From positions 248,001 through 312,000 of IMG/VR virus record IMGVR_UViG_3300027834_000005: a stretch of DNA of 64,000 nucleotides; one strand, written 5' to 3'. Both the position numbers and the translations under genes were made by a program. The number at the start of each line of letters is the position of its first letter. Within the stretch, counting starts at the first letter, position 1. The notes under the pieces were generated by a model. The model searched no databases and had not been told where the DNA came from. It worked only from the letters and a program-made list of their open reading frames with translations. This document shows positions 55,241 through 63,490 of this stretch, in pieces.

Positions 55241-55520
55241 CGTAAACGGCATTGTAACCAACACAGACGCTATCGCTATAGACCCTTTGGAAGTATTTGT
55301 GCTCCTAACTATTAAAGCTTTAGTAGTAATCGACACTGAAAAGTTCGATGGTGCAGATAGTGTCGGTCTGGATATGAAAACAGACGAAGTTGTAGTTATT
55401 AAAGGTACAGGCGTTACACGTTATGGGCCTGATGATTTTGAATGTGAGTCTTATGATCGCATTGCCAACTTGTTAATCGGTAAACTTGAATTTTTAGAAG
55501 TAGCAAAAAATATTAGATGA
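55233..55520 (+). CDS. hypothetical protein
   Basis: Overlapping ORF; start moved to MINVNG. Confidence 0.55.
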   Translation: MINVNGIVTNTDAIAIDPLEVFVLLTIKALVVIDTEKFDGADSVGLDMKTDEVVVIKGTGVTRYGPDDFECESYDRIANLLIGKLEFLEVAKNIR

Positions 55521-55525
55521 TTATG

Positions 55526-55554
55526 TTGACACCAATATAAAAATCGAATAGAAT
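55526..55554 (+). promoter_or_regulatory. sigma70-type promoter for clpP
   Basis: TTGACA-17-TAGAAT. Confidence 0.75.
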
Positions 55555-55591
55555 TACAACTCAATACTTTCACTGACAAAAGAGAAAAAAC

Positions 55592-56236
55592 ATGAATACT
55601 CCATTATCTAGCTTAGTACCTATGGTCGTTGAACAAACCCCTAACGGCGAACGCTCTTACGATATCTTCTCACGTTTACTTAAAGAACGTATCATCTACG
55701 TAAGTGGTGAAGTCCATGACGGTATGGCTGATATTGTTACTGCGCAAATGATGTTCCTTGAAGCGGAAAATCCTGAAAGCGATATCAATATGTACATCAA
55801 TTCTCCTGGTGGTTCTGTTACTGCTGGCTTAGCCATCTATAACACCGCTCAATTTATCGAATGTGACGTGAAAACTATCGTTACTGGTCAAGCAGCATCA
55901 ATGGGTAGCTTCTTAGCTCAATCAGGTACTGCCGGTAAGCGTTTTGTAATGGGCGAATCACGTACTATGATCCATCGTGTTAGTGCCGGTACAGCCAACA
56001 CACAAGGTTCTATCCACGTTATGCGTGAAGAGTTGGAAGATATCAAACGTTCGGTTGAAGAAGGTGAGCGTTTGAACGAACGTTTGACTCAACTGTATGT
56101 TCAGCATAACTCTGTGGGTAAAACTTACGAAGAATTGTTCGAAACCATGCGTTACGACACGTTCTTATCAGCAGAAGATGCTGTTAAAGGCGGATTCGCT
56201 GACCGTGTAATCAGATCACGTGCCGACTTAACCTAA
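55592..56236 (+). CDS. clpP: ATP-dependent Clp protease proteolytic subunit
   Basis: [38 protein letters not shown] (Ser), MIH (His), DTFLSA (Asp). Confidence 0.96.
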   Translation: MNTPLSSLVPMVVEQTPNGERSYDIFSRLLKERIIYVSGEVHDGMADIVTAQMMFLEAENPESDINMYINSPGGSVTAGLAIYNTAQFIECDVKTIVTGQAASMGSFLAQSGTAGKRFVMGESRTMIHRVSAGTANTQGSIHVMREELEDIKRSVEEGERLNERLTQLYVQHNSVGKTYEELFETMRYDTFLSAEDAVKGGFADRVIRSRADLT

Positions 56237-56248
56237 GTCTGTGCATAG

Positions 56249-56273
56249 GGGTGGCACAGGAGTGCTGCCCTTT
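56249..56273 (+). terminator. probable terminator after clpP
   Basis: GGGTGGCAC-agga-GTGCTGCCC followed by TTT. Confidence 0.65.
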
Positions 56274-56296
56274 ATAATTTATATCAAGGAAGAAAA

Positions 56297-56707
56297 ATGA
56301 AAGACCAGAATATTTTAAAGAACTACACACATTTTGTTGACACACTTACTAGTGATGAAAGCACTAAATTTGAATCCTATATCGCACGTTTGACTCAATT
56401 GAATGAGCAAGGCTGTGATATTGCTAGATTGGACACAGCATCTCAAGGTATGTCGGCGGAAGCAGGCGAATTTGAAGAAGTTGTTAAGAAAATCAAGTAT
56501 CAGGGTAAAGAATACAACGAAGATAATATTTTCCACATGCAACGCGAGTTGGGTGATATCATTTTCTATTGGATCAACGCGTGTATGGCGTTAGATATCG
56601 ATCCGATCAAAGTTATAGAGATGAATGTCGAAAAGCTGGAAAGCAGATACCCAAGTGGATCATTCGACGTACATTTCAGTGAGAACAGGAAGGACGGTGA
56701 CGTGTGA
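56297..56707 (+). CDS. MazG-like nucleoside triphosphate pyrophosphohydrolase
   Basis: GMSAEAGEFEEVVKK...RELGDIIFY...N..KL..RYP. Confidence 0.88.
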   Translation: MKDQNILKNYTHFVDTLTSDESTKFESYIARLTQLNEQGCDIARLDTASQGMSAEAGEFEEVVKKIKYQGKEYNEDNIFHMQRELGDIIFYWINACMALDIDPIKVIEMNVEKLESRYPSGSFDVHFSENRKDGDV

Positions 56708-57039
56708 GCGTAGTATTAATAACAACCACGGGCGAAGCTTTGCCCTTGGTATGTGTATCGAATATCTACGAGCGTGACCAAGAAACAGAAAGTTTTTTAG
56801 AGTTTAAATTGTCATGTAGTCTTTTTATGGAAGGCGATAATTACTTAACAGTTAAAACTATCCACGGTGAATACGCACAGATAGATGTTAGAGACATGCA
56901 TAACAGTAGAGTTCTATCCCCTCTTGGGCTGATAGGTTCTGAGTACATGTATGACGGAACTCTAAAGAATAATCTGTATTGTATGTGGGCAACACTCATA
57001 GAACAAGGTATTATACATACCAAACCAACCAAAGACTGA
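56704..57039 (+). CDS. hypothetical protein
   Basis: Coupled ORF. Confidence 0.55.
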   Translation: MSVVLITTTGEALPLVCVSNIYERDQETESFLEFKLSCSLFMEGDNYLTVKTIHGEYAQIDVRDMHNSRVLSPLGLIGSEYMYDGTLKNNLYCMWATLIEQGIIHTKPTKD

Positions 57040-57050
57040 CGGAGAATACC

Positions 57051-57290
57051 ATGAGTAATTCATTAGGCGGCGAACCAGTTACAAGACGTTTCGAAAAAAA
57101 ATGGAACGAATTCATTGATGACTTTTGTTATCGTGAACTTGGTAATAAAGGTGCCAATATCATGACGCCAGAAGACTTCATGTTCTTGAAGTTATCTTCG
57201 ACTGATGAAATTGTCGTGGAAAACGACGGAGTAAAACCACCTGACGGTTATGAAATCGGTAGTGATGGATATGCCAAGCGTACTTGGTAA
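57051..57290 (+). CDS. hypothetical protein
   Basis: GGAG RBS before MSNSLGG. Confidence 0.6.
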   Translation: MSNSLGGEPVTRRFEKKWNEFIDDFCYRELGNKGANIMTPEDFMFLKLSSTDEIVVENDGVKPPDGYEIGSDGYAKRTW

Positions 57291-58242
57291 AAACTTAGTA
57301 ACGGAAATAATGCAAATGGGTAACTATTCGTGGTGGGCCGAAAACAATGGCGGTCAGTATGGAAGTAAAAATAAAACTAGAGCTGAATTGATACGTGACT
57401 TGGCGCAAAGAACAAAGCAAAAAGAACGTATCAATATAGTAGAGGCTGCCATCAAAAAAGGCACGTTATTTGACGTGTGTAATGTGGACTCTATGAATGA
57501 CCAAGACCTTATTGGTCTTATTGATGCCGGTATCATAGATTACACTGTTCTGTCTAACCGTAAAGGTTACATGTCTAGGCATGTAAGGATAGGCCTGTTT
57601 GCAGCTAAGCCAAATAACGAAACATATAAGTTGATATCAGATCGTATTCCTAGTAAGGATGAATATGGTGTCCTTGTTAGAGGGAAAGCTGGATTCAAAC
57701 TTAAGAAGTATGGACTTTCAGACACTCTTAAGCTTCATTGTTATGATTGGGGCGAATATGTGTCTAAAGGTAGAAAATCTACTGATGAAAGACTCGCTGA
57801 GTTTAAATCTGTATTCCATACCTTTAGGAATAAGTCAGATGTTAGGGCTATGTTATTCAATACGCCTTTATTAATGTCTGTCCTTGATACGTCTGACTAC
57901 CAACGTAGTCCTTTAACTGCCAAGGAGCTATGCTCGTTCATTAACCGTGACTTGAAACGTGCAGATAGAAAAGATGTGATAACTCGTGATCTTTATGAAT
58001 GGTTAGAGCAAGAGATATTCATGGAAACGTTGAGTGGGAAGTCTAAAGTGTCTAAGCCTATGCAGAAGAATCTCGATGAGCTTCTAGAAATATTGGAAGA
58101 GAAGGAAGATCCTAACTACGGTATGGAATCTGAAGGTGAATCCGCAGTGATTGAATATCAAGATCATGATAGTGATGATATTGATGCGATGGTTGAAATA
58201 TTAGCTGCTCACCACGAAGATAAAGGCTACGTGAAAAAATAA
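57250..58242 (+). CDS. hypothetical protein (start uncertain)
   Basis: 330-aa ORF in operon. Confidence 0.6.
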   Translation: MKSVVMDMPSVLGKNLVTEIMQMGNYSWWAENNGGQYGSKNKTRAELIRDLAQRTKQKERINIVEAAIKKGTLFDVCNVDSMNDQDLIGLIDAGIIDYTVLSNRKGYMSRHVRIGLFAAKPNNETYKLISDRIPSKDEYGVLVRGKAGFKLKKYGLSDTLKLHCYDWGEYVSKGRKSTDERLAEFKSVFHTFRNKSDVRAMLFNTPLLMSVLDTSDYQRSPLTAKELCSFINRDLKRADRKDVITRDLYEWLEQEIFMETLSGKSKVSKPMQKNLDELLEILEEKEDPNYGMESEGESAVIEYQDHDSDDIDAMVEILAAHHEDKGYVKK

Positions 58243-58244
58243 TA

Positions 58245-58273
58245 TTGACCGTGAATGTAATTGTTGGTATTAT
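58245..58273 (+). promoter_or_regulatory. sigma70-type promoter
   Basis: TTGACC-17-TATTAT with extended TG. Confidence 0.65.
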
Positions 58274-58296
58274 TTAAAAAAGTGGAGAATGATGTT

Positions 58297-58632
58297 ATGG
58301 CTAAGAAGAAAAAATTAATGATGGATCAGTACATATCAGGCAAAGACTATCGTATGTTCATAGTTAAGTGTGATGATATTGCTGAAGTAAAGAAAGTTGT
58401 GCGTTGGTCTCGTAAGGGTTGCATAGGAACATTCTGTACATCTCAAATTCTTTCTGAAAAACAGACATTTCACTCTCGTATGAGCGGAGCTAAATCTGAA
58501 TTTTATGCATATGTTGGTTTTACCAATGACGATGATTCTATGGCAATGCAGCTATCTTTTGATATGGCCAAAGAAGTTCCTATGTGGCCATCCACCACAC
58601 GATTTAGTGTGTATGTGATGTCAGATGATTGA
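58297..58632 (+). CDS. hypothetical protein
   Basis: GGAG RBS; start moved to MAKKKK. Confidence 0.6.
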   Translation: MAKKKKLMMDQYISGKDYRMFIVKCDDIAEVKKVVRWSRKGCIGTFCTSQILSEKQTFHSRMSGAKSEFYAYVGFTNDDDSMAMQLSFDMAKEVPMWPSTTRFSVYVMSDD

Positions 58633-58942
58633 TCAACCTTACTCTGAATTAGAATGGCCATTATGCGGTAAAAAAATCGACATAGGTGGTCCAGACGGTA
58701 ACGTTTTCTTCCTTATAGGTAAGGTGTCTGGCGCTATACGAAGTGTTTACGGTAATGATGATGCCGAAGCTTACTCTGAAGGTGCTCACGGTAGAACTTT
58801 CAAGGCTATGGGATTTACCGATTGGACTTATGAAGACGTTCTCAAGTATACCATAGACTCCACTGGTATCGAACTCACCGCTGATAGAGATATTGGCATT
58901 AATGAAATACTATATACCATTACTAGGAATGATTACCTATGA
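58625..58942 (+). CDS. hypothetical protein
   Basis: IDIGGPDGNVFFLIG pattern common in phage hypotheticals. Confidence 0.6.
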   Translation: MIDQPYSELEWPLCGKKIDIGGPDGNVFFLIGKVSGAIRSVYGNDDAEAYSEGAHGRTFKAMGFTDWTYEDVLKYTIDSTGIELTADRDIGINEILYTITRNDYL

Positions 58943-59271
58943 ATACTGACGAACCTTATAGCCTTAGTGTCCAAAAGCGTCGTGTATTCGGCGTAACTAT
59001 GAAACTGAACCTGTATATGTTGGTTCAGGGTCTTTTGGGTCTTATATCATTCACGATGTTCAAGCGTTGTTTGACGACTGGTCCTTCTCAGGAACTAGCA
59101 AGAGAACGTGCTATTCTCAGAACTATGAATATTGATGATAAAGATAAATCTGAAGAGTCACGTCAACGTGCACGTGTGCTAAAAATGGATGATGAAGAGA
59201 AGAGTGATGAATTCCTTCGTATGATGTACGGTGACGACTACGAAAAGATTCTGGAGACACAGGAGGGGTAG
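58939..59271 (+). CDS. hypothetical protein, possibly membrane-associated
   Basis: Coupled ORF. Confidence 0.55.
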   Translation: MNTDEPYSLSVQKRRVFGVTMKLNLYMLVQGLLGLISFTMFKRCLTTGPSQELARERAILRTMNIDDKDKSEESRQRARVLKMDDEEKSDEFLRMMYGDDYEKILETQEG

Positions 59272-59272
59272 T

Positions 59273-59410
59273 GTGATCATAACTTTCATAAATATAGTAA
59301 TAAGCGCAGAGAAGTCTGTGAAACGTGAGAATTTGCTAAGATGGGCGGCTATTGATATGTCTCTCATCTGCATTGCTATGGGAGCATTCATGTTATTGAC
59401 TTATACATAA
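59273..59410 (+). CDS. 45-aa hydrophobic small protein (not in ORF track)
   Basis: AGGAGGGG RBS and GTG start; C-terminal TM-like segment; an internal CATAAATA suggests an alternative shorter start. Confidence 0.4.
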   Translation: MIITFINIVISAEKSVKRENLLRWAAIDMSLICIAMGAFMLLTYT

Positions 59411-59414
59411 GGAA

Positions 59415-59729
59415 ATGTATATGTATGATCTAATAGATCCTAAAGATTTAAGTGATGAGGAACTCATGGCGAAGTTACTGAAGAGTAACCAGATGCTAAT
59501 GAATTACCGAGGCACGCAATTCCAAGGAATGGTGGATAGTCTTGAATCATTGATTGGCGTACTAGGCGAAGAAGCTGAATATCGTCAACAAATGAAACAA
59601 GAAGAAGCCAATAAAGAACGCGAAAAGCAGAGTGCTGGTCGCTATGGCAGAAAGAAAAAATCCAAGAAGAAAAAACCAAATCCCAACGTTGTGGCTACTC
59701 TTGGTCATATCAAAGGCGTTGATGATTGA
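59415..59729 (+). CDS. hypothetical coiled-coil protein with basic tail
   Basis: AAGGA RBS. Confidence 0.6.
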   Translation: MYMYDLIDPKDLSDEELMAKLLKSNQMLMNYRGTQFQGMVDSLESLIGVLGEEAEYRQQMKQEEANKEREKQSAGRYGRKKKSKKKKPNPNVVATLGHIKGVDD

Positions 59730-59736
59730 GGAATCT

Positions 59737-60468
59737 ATGATAGACGAAAATATTCACGTGTATAACACGATTGAACACAATTTCAGCGGCATCAGGTCGT
59801 TCGACAGACACATGTACCCAGTTAATTGGGAACTAGTCATAAAACTCGCCGGTAAGGCACAAGAAGGCATCTCCGAAGAAGACAAAGAAGCCCAAATGAG
59901 GGATATAACAGTATCCTATCAACGCGTAAAGTGGTGGTTGCAAAACTTCATGATGGATATCTTTGCATGTGGATCTACAGACGTACCTACACTCGAAGCA
60001 TTTTTTACTGGTGACTTCGACAATGTATTTGTGTCTACTCCCCAAGAACCAACTGACAGCATACTTAGTGAAGCCTTATTCAAGAAAGTATCGGTATTGT
60101 CTGGTGATAACATAGAGGTGCTTCAAGTATCCCTTAAATCAACAGATTTTGAATCTACCTTTTACTTCAGTGATAAAGCTGGCTATCAGATTAACATGGA
60201 CAATAGCGTGTTTGAAGGTAAGTCTCTATATACAGAGCCTTGGTGGGCAAGATATGACTGTGATACGTGGGAACCAATGCACGTAGAAGGTATGTCTAAT
60301 GATGACTTGCTTGAGAGCTTAGAGACTGCTTCGGATCTAAACCAAATCACCAAATTAATCCATGACACTACCTACGGTGCTGCCGAGGAAGGTGAGATAG
60401 AGGTCCCTGACAAACTAACATCTACTATTGCTATGGCGGACTTGAAATGGAAACCAACGAAAACTTAG
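59737..60468 (+). CDS. hypothetical protein, possible degenerate QueD/PTPS T-fold
   Basis: W.LVIKL.G ... EPTDSILSEALF...L.V.L pattern; start moved from 59632. Confidence 0.4.
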   Translation: MIDENIHVYNTIEHNFSGIRSFDRHMYPVNWELVIKLAGKAQEGISEEDKEAQMRDITVSYQRVKWWLQNFMMDIFACGSTDVPTLEAFFTGDFDNVFVSTPQEPTDSILSEALFKKVSVLSGDNIEVLQVSLKSTDFESTFYFSDKAGYQINMDNSVFEGKSLYTEPWWARYDCDTWEPMHVEGMSNDDLLESLETASDLNQITKLIHDTTYGAAEEGEIEVPDKLTSTIAMADLKWKPTKT

Positions 60469-60974
60469 ATGAATATGGAAGGTACTTACTGAGTAGTAAC
60501 GACGCGGTTGAGTTGATGCTACACGGTAAAGATGTTTCAGGTTGTTTTTTCCTTGACGAACAGGACGTATTAATGTATAATACGAACTGTAGTCAGGTTT
60601 TAGGTGAAACTGGACTTAATATCTACGAGAAGAATGAAACATCCTTTGAGGACTTTCATGCTGAGCAAGTCAATAAGTGGAATATCCCTTGGGAGTACCA
60701 AATACTTGATATCAAACATCATATAATGAATTTATGTGATGGTCAAGAAGAAATTGACAGAGTTACTCATGAGATGGAGCTATTTGAGAAATTTAATTTA
60801 CTTAATATGCTTAGGTTCATGAAATACTTCGTAGATACCATGAGAAAAGAAAGAACAGTGTGGGGCGTCGGACGTGGCTCTAGTGTATCCGTTTATACTT
60901 TGTATTTAATGGGCGTGCATAGGGTTGACAGTATCAAGTACAACTTAGACTGTAAAGAATTTTTTAAGGAATAG
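60447..60974 (+). CDS. dnaE: DnaE-like protein, N-terminal palm fragment
   Basis: RV..E..LF......F..Y.VD......VWGVGRGSS......YL.GVH..D.....L...EF matches DnaE RL..EL...GPGRGS...LGIT.IDP..L.FERF. Confidence 0.8.
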   Translation: METNENLDEYGRYLLSSNDAVELMLHGKDVSGCFFLDEQDVLMYNTNCSQVLGETGLNIYEKNETSFEDFHAEQVNKWNIPWEYQILDIKHHIMNLCDGQEEIDRVTHEMELFEKFNLLNMLRFMKYFVDTMRKERTVWGVGRGSSVSVYTLYLMGVHRVDSIKYNLDCKEFFKE

Positions 60975-61000
60975 CAACACACTAAAACAAAGGAGTTTTT

Positions 61001-61393
61001 ATGAGCAACATAAGAAAAACGGCCAACGGAAGGCCTATTGATATGGAAGCGTTAGCAGCCAAACACAAAGATAAAGTAGCTTTGGGTAATATGGGTGTTA
61101 ATGCCGGTGGTGATAAACTTGGTAAGGGCGGTGAAGTTGTTAAGACTTCCAGTGAACGCGTCAAAGATTACTACACTTCAAACCCTAATACCACAAGAAA
61201 AACAGTGAGTGTTAAAGGTACTGATGAAGTAGACGTAAATCTTGAAGAAGATGCTAAAACAACCGTGAAAGCCAAGGCTAAGAAGAATGAGAAGAAGTCC
61301 AACCAAGGGAAAAAAGCGGTTATCGAGAAGGAACTGCCAGATGGCTCGATTGAAGTCCTCGACCCAGAAAACGACGAAGGGAACGACCTCTAG
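61001..61393 (+). CDS. conserved hypothetical protein
   Basis: AAGGAG RBS; G..IDM..L, LGNMGVNA.GD.LG.GG. Confidence 0.65.
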   Translation: MSNIRKTANGRPIDMEALAAKHKDKVALGNMGVNAGGDKLGKGGEVVKTSSERVKDYYTSNPNTTRKTVSVKGTDEVDVNLEEDAKTTVKAKAKKNEKKSNQGKKAVIEKELPDGSIEVLDPENDEGNDL

Positions 61394-61434
61394 TACAGAG
61401 GTTGACCCAACACACATACAGAGCGTAGACAAAG

Positions 61435-61728
61435 ATGAGTAGTAAAAGACCCCTATACGATAAGATTCTAGTAAAAGCAGAAGCGACACTTGAAAAAACG
61501 TCTGCTGGTATCTTTTTGCCTAAGAATAATGAAAAATCTAAACTCGGCGAAGTCGTTCAAGTAGGCGCAGGAATCAAATTGAAAGATGGTGGTATTAAAC
61601 CCCTAACTGTTCAAATAGGTGACACTGTGATGTTTGAAAAAGACGCTGGGTATCTAATGAACGTTGATGGTGAGAAGCTTCTCTTGATGAAAGAAGAAGA
61701 AGTTCAATGCATCATCGATAAAGAATAG
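61435..61728 (+). CDS. groES: GroES co-chaperonin
   Basis: PLYDKILVK...EKTSAGIFLP...GEVV.VG.G...VQIGD.V.F. Confidence 0.92.
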   Translation: MSSKRPLYDKILVKAEATLEKTSAGIFLPKNNEKSKLGEVVQVGAGIKLKDGGIKPLTVQIGDTVMFEKDAGYLMNVDGEKLLLMKEEEVQCIIDKE

Positions 61729-61730
61729 TC

Positions 61731-62000
61731 ATGAGTGACGATAAAGAAATGGTAACTCGAAGCACGTGGGACGAGTTTAGAAATTCTAAAATGCTATGGT
61801 TCGCCAATAGACTTCTACATGTCTTTGGTTGGGCTATAGTTGTCGATGTTGATGCAGATGGTGCCGTAACAGGTGCCTACCCAGCAAGAGTTAGATTCCG
61901 TGGGTTTGGCAATGAGTCTGAAGAGAAAGGTTTCATTGGTATAACTGAATACATGGTAGAAAATGCCGAACAATTATTACAAGAGGCCAAGGATGAGTGA
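61731..62000 (+). CDS. hypothetical protein
   Basis: LWFANRLLHVFGWAIV pattern; lies between the GroES paralogues. Confidence 0.6.
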   Translation: MSDDKEMVTRSTWDEFRNSKMLWFANRLLHVFGWAIVVDVDADGAVTGAYPARVRFRGFGNESEEKGFIGITEYMVENAEQLLQEAKDE

Positions 62001-62343
62001 ATTTAAGCCATTAGGCTCTACTGTCCTAGTAGAATCTATGAAGAGCGGAGAAAGGAAAGTTGGTAGAATTATAATTGCCAACGACGACGGTAAAGAACAC
62101 GGTGTTAGACCAAGATGGGCCAAAGTGAAATATATTGGTCCAGAAGTCGAGTTGCTTAAAGAAGGCGATTGGGTTTTGGTAGATCACGGTAGATGGACAA
62201 GGGAGATCAAAGCCAGAGGTTTAGAAGGCGATGAACTTAGAGCGATTGAGTACCCAGAGAGTGTGCTATTGGTGAGTGAAGATGAGCCAGAAGACGACAT
62301 GGTTATGAATTCGACTGAACACGGAAAATTACGTAGGTTTTAA
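61993..62343 (+). CDS. second, divergent GroES-like co-chaperonin (gp31-like)
   Basis: FKPLG..VLV, G.III..DDG, A.V..IGP, GD.VLV; start moved from 61963. Confidence 0.7.
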   Translation: MSEFKPLGSTVLVESMKSGERKVGRIIIANDDGKEHGVRPRWAKVKYIGPEVELLKEGDWVLVDHGRWTREIKARGLEGDELRAIEYPESVLLVSEDEPEDDMVMNSTEHGKLRRF

Positions 62344-62345
62344 AA

Positions 62346-63275
62346 GTGAAAGAAATTTGGAGCGAACATTACAGACCAGATGACATAGAAGGTTATGTCT
62401 TCAAGGATGAAGGTCTCAAGCTTAGAGTCAAACAATGGATTGAAGACGGTGTTCTTCCTCACGTAACGTTTTGTGGACCGGCAGGGACAGGGAAAACTAC
62501 TTTAGCTTTCCTTATCCTTAAAGAGTTAGAAGTTGACGAGTGTGATATTTTATATATCAATGCGTCGATTGATAATGGTGTCGATCACATCAGGAATCAA
62601 GTTGTTGGGTTTGCTGAAACTATGCCTTTTGGTGATTATAAGTATGTGCTTCTAGACGAAGCAGACTATGTGACCCATAATGGCCAAGCAGCACTTCGTG
62701 GGGTCATGCAAGACTTCGCGGATACAACTAGGTTCATATTAACGTGTAACTTCGTAGGGAAGCTTATGGAGCCGATTGTGAGTAGGTGCCCACCTATCAC
62801 TATTGATGCGCTAGATGTCACTGAGTTTACAGCCAGAGCTGCTTCTGTACTTTTGACGGAAGGTATACATTTTGGTGAAGAAGACTTAGAAAACCTGAAC
62901 GAATACGTTAAGCACACATACCCCGATTTACGTAAATGCATTAATAAGTTGCAATTAAGTTGTGTTGGTGGTAAAATACTGCCATTCTCGGACGATGAGA
63001 GCGGAAGTGAGAAAGAAATTTTCTTAGAAATGATATCTTTGTTCAAGAAAGGCCAAATCAGTGATGCTAGAACATTAGTATGCAAAGGCATAAGCCCAGA
63101 CCAGTACGTAAGTGCATATAGGTTCTTATATGAGAACGTGTCCATGATTGCGAGAGATGTTACGCATGAATGTGAATGTTTATATGCAATCAAAGAAGGC
63201 TTAGTTGACCACGCAGGTTCTGGTGATCCAGAAATATGTTTGAGTGGTACAATAGCGAAACTGTTTATATTATAG
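62346..63275 (+). CDS. gp44: clamp loader large subunit (gp44/RFC-like)
   Basis: WSEHYRP, GPAGTGKTT, INAS, LLDEAD, ALR, TCN, SRC, PDLRK..N.LQ. Confidence 0.92.
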   Translation: MKEIWSEHYRPDDIEGYVFKDEGLKLRVKQWIEDGVLPHVTFCGPAGTGKTTLAFLILKELEVDECDILYINASIDNGVDHIRNQVVGFAETMPFGDYKYVLLDEADYVTHNGQAALRGVMQDFADTTRFILTCNFVGKLMEPIVSRCPPITIDALDVTEFTARAASVLLTEGIHFGEEDLENLNEYVKHTYPDLRKCINKLQLSCVGGKILPFSDDESGSEKEIFLEMISLFKKGQISDARTLVCKGISPDQYVSAYRFLYENVSMIARDVTHECECLYAIKEGLVDHAGSGDPEICLSGTIAKLFIL

Positions 63276-63283
63276 AGGAATTT

Positions 63284-63490
63284 ATGAAAGATAAAAATGG
63301 ATATAAAGAATTATACGACGATACCGTGGCATGTAGTAAGACTGCATGTCGTTTAACGGGCCTAACCATTCTTGGTTCTTGCTTGTTAGCGTCAGCGATA
63401 CCATTAGCGTATTTATCAGCGTGTGAAGATAGCGTGAATATGATGATGGGTAAATTCAACCGAGGTACTGATGATGAATCAGCCTCCTGA
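63284..63490 (+). CDS. small hydrophobic hypothetical protein
   Basis: GAGG RBS before MKDKNG. Confidence 0.5.
   Translation: MKDKNGYKELYDDTVACSKTACRLTGLTILGSCLLASAIPLAYLSACEDSVNMMMGKFNRGTDDESAS

Noticed and set aside
22359-60974. Split-intein trans-splicing of DnaE, as in cyanobacteria
   Set aside because: Neither half carries intein sequence: no Cys/Ser-initiated N-intein after the N-half, and no His-Asn C-intein before the C-half.
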